Shown here: positions 38,638 to 47,525 of the stretch, piece after piece
How positions within the stretch are numbered: position 1 is the stretch's first letter
Layout of the letters: every line of letters begins with the position of its first letter
Assembly: GCA_964390745.1 (NCBI GenBank)
Contig: CAYMIK010000005.1
Coordinates: 1 to 56,612 of the forward strand
Origin: an uncultured Candidatus Saccharibacteria bacterium
GTDB taxonomy: Bacteria; Patescibacteriota; JAUYIX01; CAYMIK01
Direction: 5' to 3'
DNA length: 56,612 nucleotides
Position numbers and translations under genes: made by a program
The notes under the pieces: generated by a model
The model's database searches: none
The model's input: the letters and a program-made list of their open reading frames with translations, nothing else
Told to the model about the DNA's origin: nothing

Positions 38638-40113
38638 TTACGGTGTAACCGGATCTCCCAACCAATAACGATTAAACGCGATATTGGCAGCAGTCAGACT
38701 TCCGTACAAGGAAAGTTTTTTGTAGGTTCGTTCTTGGGCCGTTGAGATCGTTCCTTGCTCAGAGAAAAATGTTCCGGCAAGTCGCCCGACACTTCCACTA
38801 ATGGTGATGTCGCCCTTTTGAACTAATACTCCAAAGTTCGCAAGTTGGTTCAGGCTTGTGGGCGTAGTAGAAAGTCCGTCTTGATACACCAGATTGGACT
38901 CCAGAGTAACATTCGCGTTAGAAGAGACGATAGTTATAGCTCCAGATTCCCCAGCATTTCCATTGCGAAGCTTCAATCCCGAATTGGAAATCGTCACCTG
39001 TGCAGGTGCTCCCGGTGTGGCTGATTCGATATCAATAATTTTTGCTTCACTTGGCAAAATATCGTCTCGCGTAGCTTCGCATCCCACCGTATTTTCTGGA
39101 TTGATCGTTCCGGTGTTGTTACCACTTCCATCATCAACAACAGAAAGATTCACTACATCACCGACGCAGGAATAGTTTGCACGTGCCTCGAGATCCGAAA
39201 ATCGGACCTGGCCAGCAAGCGCCACCGGCGTCGAAAGGTTCACAACTTTCGTGCTATTCACGCCCTTCGTTTTGAAGCTGCTATTATTAGGATTGCAGTC
39301 CCCGGCACCAGAGATGGTTTGAATATTCCCGTTGTACATCGCAACAATATAATCAGCGTTGTAGCTACCATCCGGTGGATTACAGGTCGTAAATGAGTAC
39401 GGCGTTACGCCCGAACCAGACAAGAAACTTGCTTCTCCGTTAATATTGCCACCAGCATAAACATCGCCGCGCTGCGTGGCGACCCATGGGTATCCAAAGA
39501 AAATAGTATCACCGTAGATAGGAGAAAGCGTGTTTGTGCTGGGGTCCCGAAGCCGAACATAGACATTCACTACTTGATGGGTTTGCACGCTATTCGTAAA
39601 CGATGAACCCAAATCGGCTAAGTTGAACTCTGCGCGCTCCCCCGCGGATTCACACGGCGACGAAACAACCGTCTTCCAGCCCGAAGGGATTGGCGAGCTT
39701 AAGTCCTCACTCGTTGCAGCAACTTGGTATTGCGTGTACTTAGTTGATCCCTGGACGGTACCAGAAAAACCCAGCCACACATCTTGCGAGCTCGTATAAA
39801 ACGAATCATCAACGCATTGATCTTGTGGGCTTGGTGTTCGTGAAACGATATGAAAGCCCGGCTCACTCGCTGCTGCTTGCAAAGAAGTATCTGCCACCAC
39901 TGCACCCGCCGTTGCCGTGAGTTTCGCCTGCGTTCGTGGAACAAAAATGGAGCTTCCAAGCACCCGTGCTTTACCGCTGGTATACGTGAGCGGCACAGAG
40001 CCAAAAATCAATACAAAAAGCACGACCCAAAGGGCAACTCGGTTCAATCGTGTAGAAAGCGCAAACGTATGATTCGCACTTCGTATGTTTTTCTGTGTGC
40101 GTATTTGCCGCAC
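38638..40113 (-). CDS. membrane-anchored surface protein (491 aa), beta-rich C-terminus
   Basis: GTG start with GAGG SD, one TM, S/T/N-rich, C-terminal GVLVQKGDITI..LYGSLTAANI. Confidence 0.7.
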   Translation of the reverse strand: MRQIRTQKNIRSANHTFALSTRLNRVALWVVLFVLIFGSVPLTYTSGKARVLGSSIFVPRTQAKLTATAGAVVADTSLQAAASEPGFHIVSRTPSPQDQCVDDSFYTSSQDVWLGFSGTVQGSTKYTQYQVAATSEDLSSPIPSGWKTVVSSPCESAGERAEFNLADLGSSFTNSVQTHQVVNVYVRLRDPSTNTLSPIYGDTIFFGYPWVATQRGDVYAGGNINGEASFLSGSGVTPYSFTTCNPPDGSYNADYIVAMYNGNIQTISGAGDCNPNNSSFKTKGVNSTKVVNLSTPVALAGQVRFSDLEARANYSCVGDVVNLSVVDDGSGNNTGTINPENTVGCEATRDDILPSEAKIIDIESATPGAPAQVTISNSGLKLRNGNAGESGAITIVSSNANVTLESNLVYQDGLSTTPTSLNQLANFGVLVQKGDITISGSVGRLAGTFFSEQGTISTAQERTYKKLSLYGSLTAANIAFNRYWLGDPVTP

Positions 40114-40151
40114 AGGTAGCCTCGTGTGTGTTTGTTTTGAAAAACTTTTGA

Positions 40152-40180
40152 TTGACGCAGCACGATATACGCTCTATAAT
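40152..40180 (+). promoter_or_regulatory. sigma70 promoter for lemA-htpX
   Basis: TTGACG-17-TATAAT. Confidence 0.75.
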
Positions 40181-40211
40181 AAACGTAATCCGTGGCGTTT
40201 TTGATGGCCGA

Positions 40212-40240
40212 ATTATACCATAAACGATTCGTAACATCAA
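40212..40240 (-). promoter_or_regulatory. sigma70 promoter for the pilus operon
   Basis: TTGATG-17-TATAAT with TG extension, minus strand. Confidence 0.7.
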
Positions 40241-40271
40241 TGCTACATATTAACACTGAAAGGAAAAATAT

Positions 40272-40838
40272 ATGGGAAATGTTCTTTGGGTGATATTAGC
40301 CATAGTAGTCGTGCTTGTTTTGTGGGCAATTGCCGTCTATAACGGTCTTATTAAGGGTCGAAATCAGGTTGACGAATCATGGAGCGATATCGATGTTCAG
40401 CTCAAGCGCCGCTATGATTTGATTCCCAACTTGGTAAACACCGTTAAGGGATACGCCGCACACGAAAAAGAAGTGTTTGAGAAAGTTACTCAGGCTCGAA
40501 CAGCTGCCATGGCCGCTGAAGCCAAGGGTGACCTCAAGGGTGTTGCCGAGTCAGAAAACATGCTTTCTGGTGCTTTGAAAAGCTTGTTCGCTGTATCCGA
40601 AAGCTATCCAGAACTCAAGGCAAACCAAAACTTCTTAGAGTTGCAACGAGATTTGACCGACACAGAAGACAAAGTTCAAGCCGCACGACGCTTCTACAAT
40701 GGTAACGTTCGTGACTTCAACACTTCTTTGCAGACATTCCCCCGCAATGTTGTTGCCTCAATGTTTGGATTCAAAGAACGAACCTTCTTTGAAGTTGGAA
40801 GCGAAGCAGAACGAAATAACGTTGAAGTGAAATTCTAG
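40272..40838 (+). CDS. lemA: LemA family protein
   Basis: WSDIDVQLKRRYDLIPNLV, ESYPELKANQNF, ARRFYNGNVRDFN, FPRNVVA. Confidence 0.96.
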   Translation: MGNVLWVILAIVVVLVLWAIAVYNGLIKGRNQVDESWSDIDVQLKRRYDLIPNLVNTVKGYAAHEKEVFEKVTQARTAAMAAEAKGDLKGVAESENMLSGALKSLFAVSESYPELKANQNFLELQRDLTDTEDKVQAARRFYNGNVRDFNTSLQTFPRNVVASMFGFKERTFFEVGSEAERNNVEVKF

Positions 40839-40853
40839 TTTTAGGCAGCATAA

Positions 40854-41050
40854 CGTGAGTGTTTCTCGGGTTTGTTCTTGAAGAAGTTCGCGCAGGAGCT
40901 CTTGAGAAACCCAGGAACCTCACGTTTTTCGAAAACGACGAGCGGCACAGCAAGGGCCTTTCAAAAATGCCTGGCGCAAGCGGCCGGACGGCATTTTTGA
41001 AAGTGTCATGCCGAGCGGTTCTGAAAGAATAAACCCGAGAAACATTCATG
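40854..41050 (+). promoter_or_regulatory. highly structured intergenic element/putative cis-regulatory RNA closing over the htpX start codon
   Basis: 26-bp IR 40854-40879/41025-41050 (3 G.U pairs), inner 14-bp IR 40958-40971/40990-41003. Confidence 0.7.
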
Positions 41051-41986
41051 AATCTCTACCAAAACATCGCAAAAAATAAACGAAGGACAGTGTTCTACAC
41101 TATCATCTTTTTTATCTTTGTCGTGTTTATTGGTTGGTTCTTCGACCAATACTATCAAGCCGGAGGCGCTGGAATCTTTTTAGCGCTGCTCTTTAGCGTC
41201 CCAACCGCACTCACAAGCTACTACGCAAGCGACAAAGTGGCCCTCGCCGTAAACGGCGCCAAAGCCATCGAGCCCGAACAAGGATCTGAAGAAAAACAGC
41301 TCTATCGTTTAGTAGAAAATATTGCCATCACTGCGGGCATCCCCGTGCCAAAGATTTACATTATCCCCGATGAGGCGATGAACGCATTTGCCACCGGACG
41401 AGACCCAAAGCATGCATCCATCGCATTTACATCGGGAATACTAAAGAAACTCGACAAACTGGAGCTTGAGGGAGTAATCGCTCACGAACTTTCGCACGTA
41501 AAGAACTACGACATTCGCTTGTCTACGGTGATTGTCATCTTGGTAGGGCTGATCGCACTCCTCTCTGACTTCTTCATACGATGGAGTTGGTTTGGAGGAC
41601 GCCGAAGAAGCAACGACAACGAAGGTGGCGCTGGCGGAATTCTTATGATCGTTGGAATCATCTTGATCGTTCTCTCCCCTCTCATTGCACAGCTTATTTC
41701 TTTGGCGGTCTCGCGACGCAGAGAATTTCTCGCAGATTCTTCGGGAGCGTTGCTTACGCGTTACCCTGAAGGCCTAGCAAAAGCGCTGCAAAAAATTTCT
41801 CAGGACACCGATCCGCTTGATCATGCCAATAACGCAACCATGCACTTGTACATTGCGAATCCCAAGCCACGAAAGGGCGCTGGAATTGCGAAATTCTTCT
41901 CAACACACCCACCTATCGAAGAGCGCATTCAGGCACTGATGGGAATGGACATAGAGAAGTTTGAGAAGGAATATCTCGAGAAATAG
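41048..41986 (+). CDS. htpX: M48 zinc metalloprotease HtpX
   Basis: NAFATGR, HELSH zinc motif, SRRREFLAD, STHPPIEERI. Confidence 0.95.
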   Translation: MNLYQNIAKNKRRTVFYTIIFFIFVVFIGWFFDQYYQAGGAGIFLALLFSVPTALTSYYASDKVALAVNGAKAIEPEQGSEEKQLYRLVENIAITAGIPVPKIYIIPDEAMNAFATGRDPKHASIAFTSGILKKLDKLELEGVIAHELSHVKNYDIRLSTVIVILVGLIALLSDFFIRWSWFGGRRRSNDNEGGAGGILMIVGIILIVLSPLIAQLISLAVSRRREFLADSSGALLTRYPEGLAKALQKISQDTDPLDHANNATMHLYIANPKPRKGAGIAKFFSTHPPIEERIQALMGMDIEKFEKEYLEK

Positions 41987-42103
41987 AAGAGAGCTCGCCG
42001 CGCGTGTTGCGTACGTGAGCTCGTTCTCCATTCGGCCTGTGGCCGACGCCTCTTTCTGAGGGTTGCGCTCCCACACTGTGGGAGCTTTTGTTGTCGCCGC
42101 ATC

Positions 42104-42361
42104 TCACCGAATTGGGAGTATGATCGGCGGAAGCGGGACCAGCGGCGGAAGAACCGGGAGCACCGGTTGCACCGCTGCGTGCGCTTCGGGATTTCCCAGA
42201 GCGGCCAGCACGACGCTCGCCACACCCAGCAAGATGGTGAATATGCCCAGCACCACGAGCGCTGCGGCAAAATCCACCTTCTTCCCAGAGAACACTACCT
42301 TTGCTCCCCAGGCGTACTCCACAGCTCCAGCCAAGACGAAGTAGAGCCATGCCATCGACAT
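42104..42361 (-). CDS. small membrane protein with SMR/SugE-like first helix and Pro-rich tail
   Basis: MAWLYFVLAGAVEYAW; AGGAG SD; TTGACA-17-TACGTT promoter upstream. Confidence 0.6.
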   Translation of the reverse strand: MSMAWLYFVLAGAVEYAWGAKVVFSGKKVDFAAALVVLGIFTILLGVASVVLAALGNPEAHAAVQPVLPVLPPLVPLPPIILPIR

Positions 42362-42479
42362 CGGAAGCTCCTAACGGGCTCGGTTGAGCCCAAAGATGGA
42401 CTAACAAACGTATACCAAATAGGCTCCAATGTCAATGGTAGCCTCTTTTCGTATTTTATAAAAATTTAACGCTGCTCCG

Positions 42480-42947
42480 CTAATCTGAAAGTCCCAGCGT
42501 GCCGAGCGTCTCCCAAACAACCCCTTCAGGAAAACCACGGCTGATCAAGTAGCGCCCAACCTTCTCCATCTGCTTTTGCCGAGGAATACCCGCAACATCA
42601 AAGAGCTTCTTTTTTCCAGAGGCAACAGCAACTTTTTTCACGCGCGACTCAGGATACTGCCGAGCAAGACATCGCGAAATAATCTCAGAGCTCACTCCCC
42701 TTCGTGCCAATCGCACACGAAGAGCATTCGGACCCAACAAACGATTTTTGATTGAAAATTCTATGAATTCTTTCGTATACGATTCATCATCAACAATTCC
42801 CTCATCTTTGAGTGCCTGCAAAGCTTCGAGAATTTCTGCATCGGAATATGACTTTTTCTTCAGATACTTTCGTATTTCAAACTCTGTTCGCGCCATCTGC
42901 GCAAGATACGATACCGCTTTAATATATGCCGAAACATTGTTTTTCAT
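42480..42947 (-). CDS. recX: regulatory protein RecX
   Basis: AVSYLAQMARTEFEIRKYLKKK, DDESY, GPNALRVRLARRGV, YLISRGF. Confidence 0.85.
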   Translation of the reverse strand: MKNNVSAYIKAVSYLAQMARTEFEIRKYLKKKSYSDAEILEALQALKDEGIVDDESYTKEFIEFSIKNRLLGPNALRVRLARRGVSSEIISRCLARQYPESRVKKVAVASGKKKLFDVAGIPRQKQMEKVGRYLISRGFPEGVVWETLGTLGLSD

Positions 42948-42959
42948 AGAGATAATTGT

Positions 42960-43664
42960 ATGCCAGAAAGATTAAAAAAAGCAAAGGAGTTTCTGTTGGA
43001 ACTCATCTTTCCTACTTTTTGCCTCGTGTGCAAAAAAGAGGATGTGAATTTTGTTTGCACTACATGCTCAAGCAAACTCCAGCCGGAGCAATCCGCGGTG
43101 TGCCCCATTTGCCTCAAGACAGAAAGCGAATTCATTTGTTCTTTGTGCCGAGCACAAACACCACTCTCGTCACTCACCTACTGTTTTTCCTACGAAGACA
43201 AAAGAGTGGCGCATCTGATTCATGCATTGAAATATAGAAGCATTCACAAACTTTCAGAATTCTTCGCCGAGAAAATGTTTCAGAAAGTTTCCTATTACCC
43301 GTTCAATGATAGCTGGATCATTATCCCCGTCCCGCTCCATTGGCAGCGAATGAACGAGCGGGGCTACAACCAATCGAAACTGATTTCGGCAAAACTTGCT
43401 GCTCGTTTACATATCACTTTGGAAACAACTGCGCTCGTAAAAACACATTACACCAAAACACAGACAAAATTTTCAAAAGAGGAACGAAGAGAAAATCTTG
43501 CGGGTCAATTTGCTGTCGTAACTCAAGAAAAAGTTATGGGCAAGAATATTCTCCTTGTCGATGACGTGGCTACTACCCTCGCTACCCTTGAGATCTGCGC
43601 TACGACTCTCAAGGGAGCAGGCGCAACAAATGTTTGGGCGCTTACCATTGCTCGGGCTAAATGA
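42960..43664 (+). CDS. comF: ComF family competence protein (phosphoribosyltransferase fold)
   Basis: LIFPTFCLVC double zinc ribbon, PVPLHWQRMNERGYNQS, ERRENL, LLVDDVATT. Confidence 0.92.
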   Translation: MPERLKKAKEFLLELIFPTFCLVCKKEDVNFVCTTCSSKLQPEQSAVCPICLKTESEFICSLCRAQTPLSSLTYCFSYEDKRVAHLIHALKYRSIHKLSEFFAEKMFQKVSYYPFNDSWIIIPVPLHWQRMNERGYNQSKLISAKLAARLHITLETTALVKTHYTKTQTKFSKEERRENLAGQFAVVTQEKVMGKNILLVDDVATTLATLEICATTLKGAGATNVWALTIARAK

Positions 43665-43713
43665 TTGACTTTACGCTCAAAATATCGTAGGTTGAGAGGG
43701 TTCGTATAGTCGC

Positions 43714-43803
43714 GGAGAGATGGCTGAGTGGTCGAAAGCGACGGTCTTGAAAACCGTTAGGCCAGAAATGGCCTCGGGGGTTCGAATCCCTCTCTCTCCG
43801 CCA
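43714..43803 (+). tRNA. tRNA-Ser(TGA)
   Basis: GGAGAGA stem, ACGGT-CTTGAAA-ACCGT arm, long variable arm, CCA. Confidence 0.96.
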
Positions 43804-43807
43804 GTGA

Positions 43808-43888
43808 GTACCTTGGGGTTCATACTTTGGAATGTTTCGAGACAAGTTTGGCATCGAATGGACAGTAGAACTTGATTCAAAGAAGTAA
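43808..43888 (+). pseudogene. orphan 3' fragment of a VOC/PhnB-family gene
   Basis: Hand translation VPWGSYFGMFRDKFGIEWTVELDSKK*; in-frame TGA directly upstream, no start codon. Confidence 0.7.
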
Positions 43889-44388
43889 AATATCATTGGC
43901 ACAAACATAGAGTCCTTGTCTCTTTCAATCCAAAAGCGCATACTGGAGCCACCGGACAACCTGCGATAGCGTCATGGCTCGACTCTGGCCAAAGCAGGCC
44001 CAAAACAAAGGACGGAAATGAGACTCGGACACCCCGCAAAAGGTTCCAACTCAGGAGTACGTTACGGTCTTGCCTGGAAGCCACGGAAATCCGCTGGCAA
44101 ACGAGGCGCCATGTCGCCACAAAAGAAAGCACAAGCAGCGCGAAAAAGAGCATATCGATAACGATATGTGGTTTTTGATACGCTCACAGCTGGTCTTTTT
44201 ATTTTGCTTCATTTCTCACCCCCCCCAACAACCAATTTCCCCGGTCATCTCTTGACTCCCGCAACAAAAGGTGTATCATCGCAAGGTCGGTAAAACCAAA
44301 TAATCAGGCAGGGTGAGGCCTTTTGTTTTGGGCCATTAAAAACTGTCAGCAGTCCTGGTTGTTTGTTTCATTTTTTTAGAGAATATTT

Positions 44389-46200
44389 ATGGAAAACGAG
44401 AAAAAACTCAATCAATTTTATGCTACTGCTATTTGTGGAAACGACATCCTGAGCTCCGTTCTCTACGTCTCTGGCTTCGCCATTCTTTGGGCTGGCGTTT
44501 ATGCTCCACTCGTCCTCCTCGGCATTGGAGGCGTTTTATTTTTATACAAGATGATCTACACCGAAGTAGTTGAAGCGCTTCCTATTAATGGTGGTGCCTA
44601 TAACGGACTTTTGAATGGTACCTCAAAGAAAATTGCCGCTATCGCAGGTTCCATCACGTTCCTTTCATATGTTGCAACGGCAGTAATTTCAGCCAAGACC
44701 GCTATCGCCTATCTCACGCGTATTATCGATGCGGACAAAATAACCCAGACACTCAAGCTCGCCTGGCTCAAGTTTGTCCCTGGTTTCGAAACCAACGAAA
44801 AGGTATTTATCCTTGTTTTCACTTCAGTACTTCTGCTTGCCTTCGCGCTTCTCGTAAGCATGGGCATCAAAGACTCAGCTCGCGTGGCATTGGGCATATT
44901 CATCATTCATATTCTTGTACTCATTGTCTTCTTGGTTCTCTCTGCGGTGTTTGTTGGCAATCACGGTTTTGGTAACTTCGTTGAAAACTTCCACAAAACA
45001 CATGGCCTCGTTGTACAGCATCACTACGGCATGTGGACCATGATCTTCTTTAGTTTTGCAGCTTCATTGCTTGGTGTTTCCGGATTCGAAAGTTCCGCAA
45101 ACTTCGTCGAAGAACAACAAAAGGGTGTTTTCCGAAAGACACTTCGAAACATGCTCATTGGCGTTACCGTGTTCAACCCGCTCGTCGCATTTGCTGTTCT
45201 CTCTGTCATGCCCTACGACATGATCGTTCATGCGAGCGACTTCCTCCTTGCAGATGGTGCTCAGGTGGTGGGCGGAACAATATTCAAAGCTATTGTTGTT
45301 GGTGATGCCCTTCTGGTTCTTGCTGGCGCCGTTCTCACGAGCTATGTAGGTGTTTCCGGTCTTCTCTCTCGAATGGCCGGTGACCGTTGCATTCCAACAC
45401 TCTTGAACAAACAGAACAAGCATCACGCACACAGCCGCATCATCTTTTTGTTCTTCGTTTTGTGCGTTTCCATTTTGTACTTCACAAACGGCGAGACACA
45501 AAGCCTCGGTGGTGTATATGCTATCGCCTTCTTGAGCGTTATGAGTATGTTCGCCGTTGGAAATCTTATCCTTAAGGTCACGCGCCCAGACCTTCAGAGA
45601 ACCTACAAGGCTCGATGGTATTTTGTTATCCCAGCGTTCCTCGCTACGGCCATTGGGATTGCCGGTCAAATCAACATTAATCACAACAACTTTAACATCT
45701 TCTTGTCGTACTTTATTCCGGTCGTAGTTATCGTAAGTATCGTCCTCTTCCAAGACGTCATCGTGAGCGCGCTTGAGCGAGGAACACAGAACTTCAAACT
45801 CTTGAATGCCTGGCTTCACAAGCTCTTCGACGAAATTACGAAAGACGAGATTATCGTTTTCGTAAGTAGTGTATCTCGACTCTTTTCGATCCTGGAATAC
45901 GTTGATAAGAACGAATCTGGACGAAATATCGTTCTCGTTCACTGCAAACCACTTCCTGGCGACGACAGAGAACCAGGACTACAAGAGATCGAAGAAACCC
46001 TTACCCACCTTCGAAAAGCAAACGTATTTCCCCAATTTAAAATTCGCATTGTCTTGAAGGACAAAGTCTTTGGTCCTGAAGTTGTAGATGAAGTTGCACG
46101 CGAACTCAAGGTAAACAAAAGCAAGGTATTCATTGGCTCGGTACACGACCATCACCCATTCGAATACTCTGATTTCGAAGGCGCACGAATTATTTTCTAG
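44389..46200 (+). CDS. APC-superfamily permease, KimA/YdaO-like, with C-terminal cytoplasmic domain
   Basis: GNDILSSVLY, GGAYN, SGFESSAN, about 12 TMs, soluble C-terminal domain; TTGACT-16-TATCAT at 44252-44279. Confidence 0.85.
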   Translation: MENEKKLNQFYATAICGNDILSSVLYVSGFAILWAGVYAPLVLLGIGGVLFLYKMIYTEVVEALPINGGAYNGLLNGTSKKIAAIAGSITFLSYVATAVISAKTAIAYLTRIIDADKITQTLKLAWLKFVPGFETNEKVFILVFTSVLLLAFALLVSMGIKDSARVALGIFIIHILVLIVFLVLSAVFVGNHGFGNFVENFHKTHGLVVQHHYGMWTMIFFSFAASLLGVSGFESSANFVEEQQKGVFRKTLRNMLIGVTVFNPLVAFAVLSVMPYDMIVHASDFLLADGAQVVGGTIFKAIVVGDALLVLAGAVLTSYVGVSGLLSRMAGDRCIPTLLNKQNKHHAHSRIIFLFFVLCVSILYFTNGETQSLGGVYAIAFLSVMSMFAVGNLILKVTRPDLQRTYKARWYFVIPAFLATAIGIAGQININHNNFNIFLSYFIPVVVIVSIVLFQDVIVSALERGTQNFKLLNAWLHKLFDEITKDEIIVFVSSVSRLFSILEYVDKNESGRNIVLVHCKPLPGDDREPGLQEIEETLTHLRKANVFPQFKIRIVLKDKVFGPEVVDEVARELKVNKSKVFIGSVHDHHPFEYSDFEGARIIF

Positions 46201-46224
46201 CCTTCCAGCACACAAAAAAGAGAC

Positions 46225-46743
46225 TCAAAAAAGTATGGCGTGGTAGCCGTACTTTTTTAGTAGAGGTTGAATGTCTTCATATTTCTTCCCCGCAAGCAAA
46301 CCGCCCGCAATTCCCTTTTCTTGTGTAATCTCCGCCAGGCAAAACTCAGGCATCTCAAATGCTTCGAGCTCTTCCTGTTTCTCAAATTCAAAATCAATCA
46401 TCACGAGCCCAAAAAGATCACCCTGAAAGACATCCAGCTCCCCCGTTCTTCCTTGCCACGAATACTGGTATCGCATCTTTGAAAGAAGCTTTCCACTTGC
46501 AGTCATGAATCCCTTGTATTCGTCTTTCTCGAGCGGAATAGTGGTCTCTCGTTTTATAGAAGCGTCCTGGCCCGGGATATCAACTTTTTTAGTGATATAC
46601 ATCTTCTCTCCGACCTTCCGAACTCTGACGTGTGGGTGTTCCGCAGATTGTGGAATATACAAATCAATCACTTCTTCTTTGGGGAAGTTTTGTAGGTCCT
46701 TTGGAAGAGACTTCAGTAGATAGGTTCGTTCGCGTTCAATCAT
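46225..46743 (-). CDS. CYTH/triphosphate tunnel metalloenzyme family protein
   Basis: N-terminal EIER-type motif (MIERERTYL), RVRK, KMRY, ELDVF, IDFEF. Confidence 0.82.
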   Translation of the reverse strand: MIERERTYLLKSLPKDLQNFPKEEVIDLYIPQSAEHPHVRVRKVGEKMYITKKVDIPGQDASIKRETTIPLEKDEYKGFMTASGKLLSKMRYQYSWQGRTGELDVFQGDLFGLVMIDFEFEKQEELEAFEMPEFCLAEITQEKGIAGGLLAGKKYEDIQPLLKKYGYHAILF

Positions 46744-46747
46744 AAAG

Positions 46748-47248
46748 CTATTGTTTTGTTGGCTCGAGATTTCCGACCTCGTTTATCTTTCTTTGTACAA
46801 TTTCTTCCGTTGCGGGATCAAATTCCAAAACAGCCGATACGTATCCATTCGGATGGTTCGCAGGGGCTTCGGCAAGCATACCCACAATCTTAAATTCATG
46901 ATCAGGATACTTCCACTTTCGTACAATCTCCATACCTTTTTTCAGGCCTTCAATGTGTGCAGCAGCATCTCCAGAAAAGCCACCACAGTTACTATGCCCA
47001 CCAACAATGAGGAGTTTGGATTTATGGCCTACCATAGAAACTCCAACGCGGAATTTCATCGCATCGAGAACTTTACCATCAATTTTTGCTAACGCGTCTT
47101 CTGGTCCAGCCAAGGTTGGCGTATCAACACCTAAGACGCCGTAGCGTCTTTTCGCTTCTTCAACAATAGGCTCTCTCGCTCTTCCATCCATACAAACAAT
47201 AGCGCATGCCCAAGGCGAAAGTGCCGTGGTATCAAAAAGTTTTCCCAT
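46748..47248 (-). CDS. putative carbonic anhydrase (C-x-D-x-R ... H-x2-C zinc site)
   Basis: CMDGR and GHSNCGG motifs, TLAGP. Confidence 0.75.
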   Translation of the reverse strand: MGKLFDTTALSPWACAIVCMDGRAREPIVEEAKRRYGVLGVDTPTLAGPEDALAKIDGKVLDAMKFRVGVSMVGHKSKLLIVGGHSNCGGFSGDAAAHIEGLKKGMEIVRKWKYPDHEFKIVGMLAEAPANHPNGYVSAVLEFDPATEEIVQRKINEVGNLEPTKQ

Positions 47249-47303
47249 ATTGAATCCATATTACAACACAGGTATTCTAAATGTTTTGCATGCAAAGAGC
47301 AAC

Positions 47304-47525
47304 TTATCGGATGAGTTTTTTGAGGCTTTCTTTTCTTGCCTTAGCAGCCGCCTGAAATCGCCTTCGCGCCGCCTCAGAAGAAGAAACGCGAACCTCAGGA
47401 GAAGAGCCACGACTCCAATAACCGTAACGTTCATGTGAAGTTGCGTTTGTCACAAACCCGATATGTTGTCTTGAGCGCAAGGCTCTTACGGAGCCTATGC
47501 GGATGCCTTTGGTGGTAGTAACCAT
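47304..47525 (-). CDS. small basic hypothetical protein (73 aa)
   Basis: GGGAGG SD 5 nt before ATG, TATAGT upstream; Arg/Lys/Ala-rich C-terminal helix. Confidence 0.55.
   Translation of the reverse strand: MVTTTKGIRIGSVRALRSRQHIGFVTNATSHERYGYWSRGSSPEVRVSSSEAARRRFQAAAKARKESLKKLIR

Noticed and set aside
42362-42440. Guanidine riboswitch upstream of the SMR-like gene
   Set aside because: Leader has one GGGCTC-AACC-GAGCCC hairpin, with no paired ACGR loops or other guanidine aptamer motif
43657-44255. ORF-track frames 43657..43959, 43677..43880, 43893..44153, 44070..44255
   Set aside because: Antisense to tRNA-Ser or lacking RBS and protein-like character; treated as decayed sequence
47304-47525. 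Ribosomal protein (small, basic)
   Set aside because: No recognisable ribosomal protein signature
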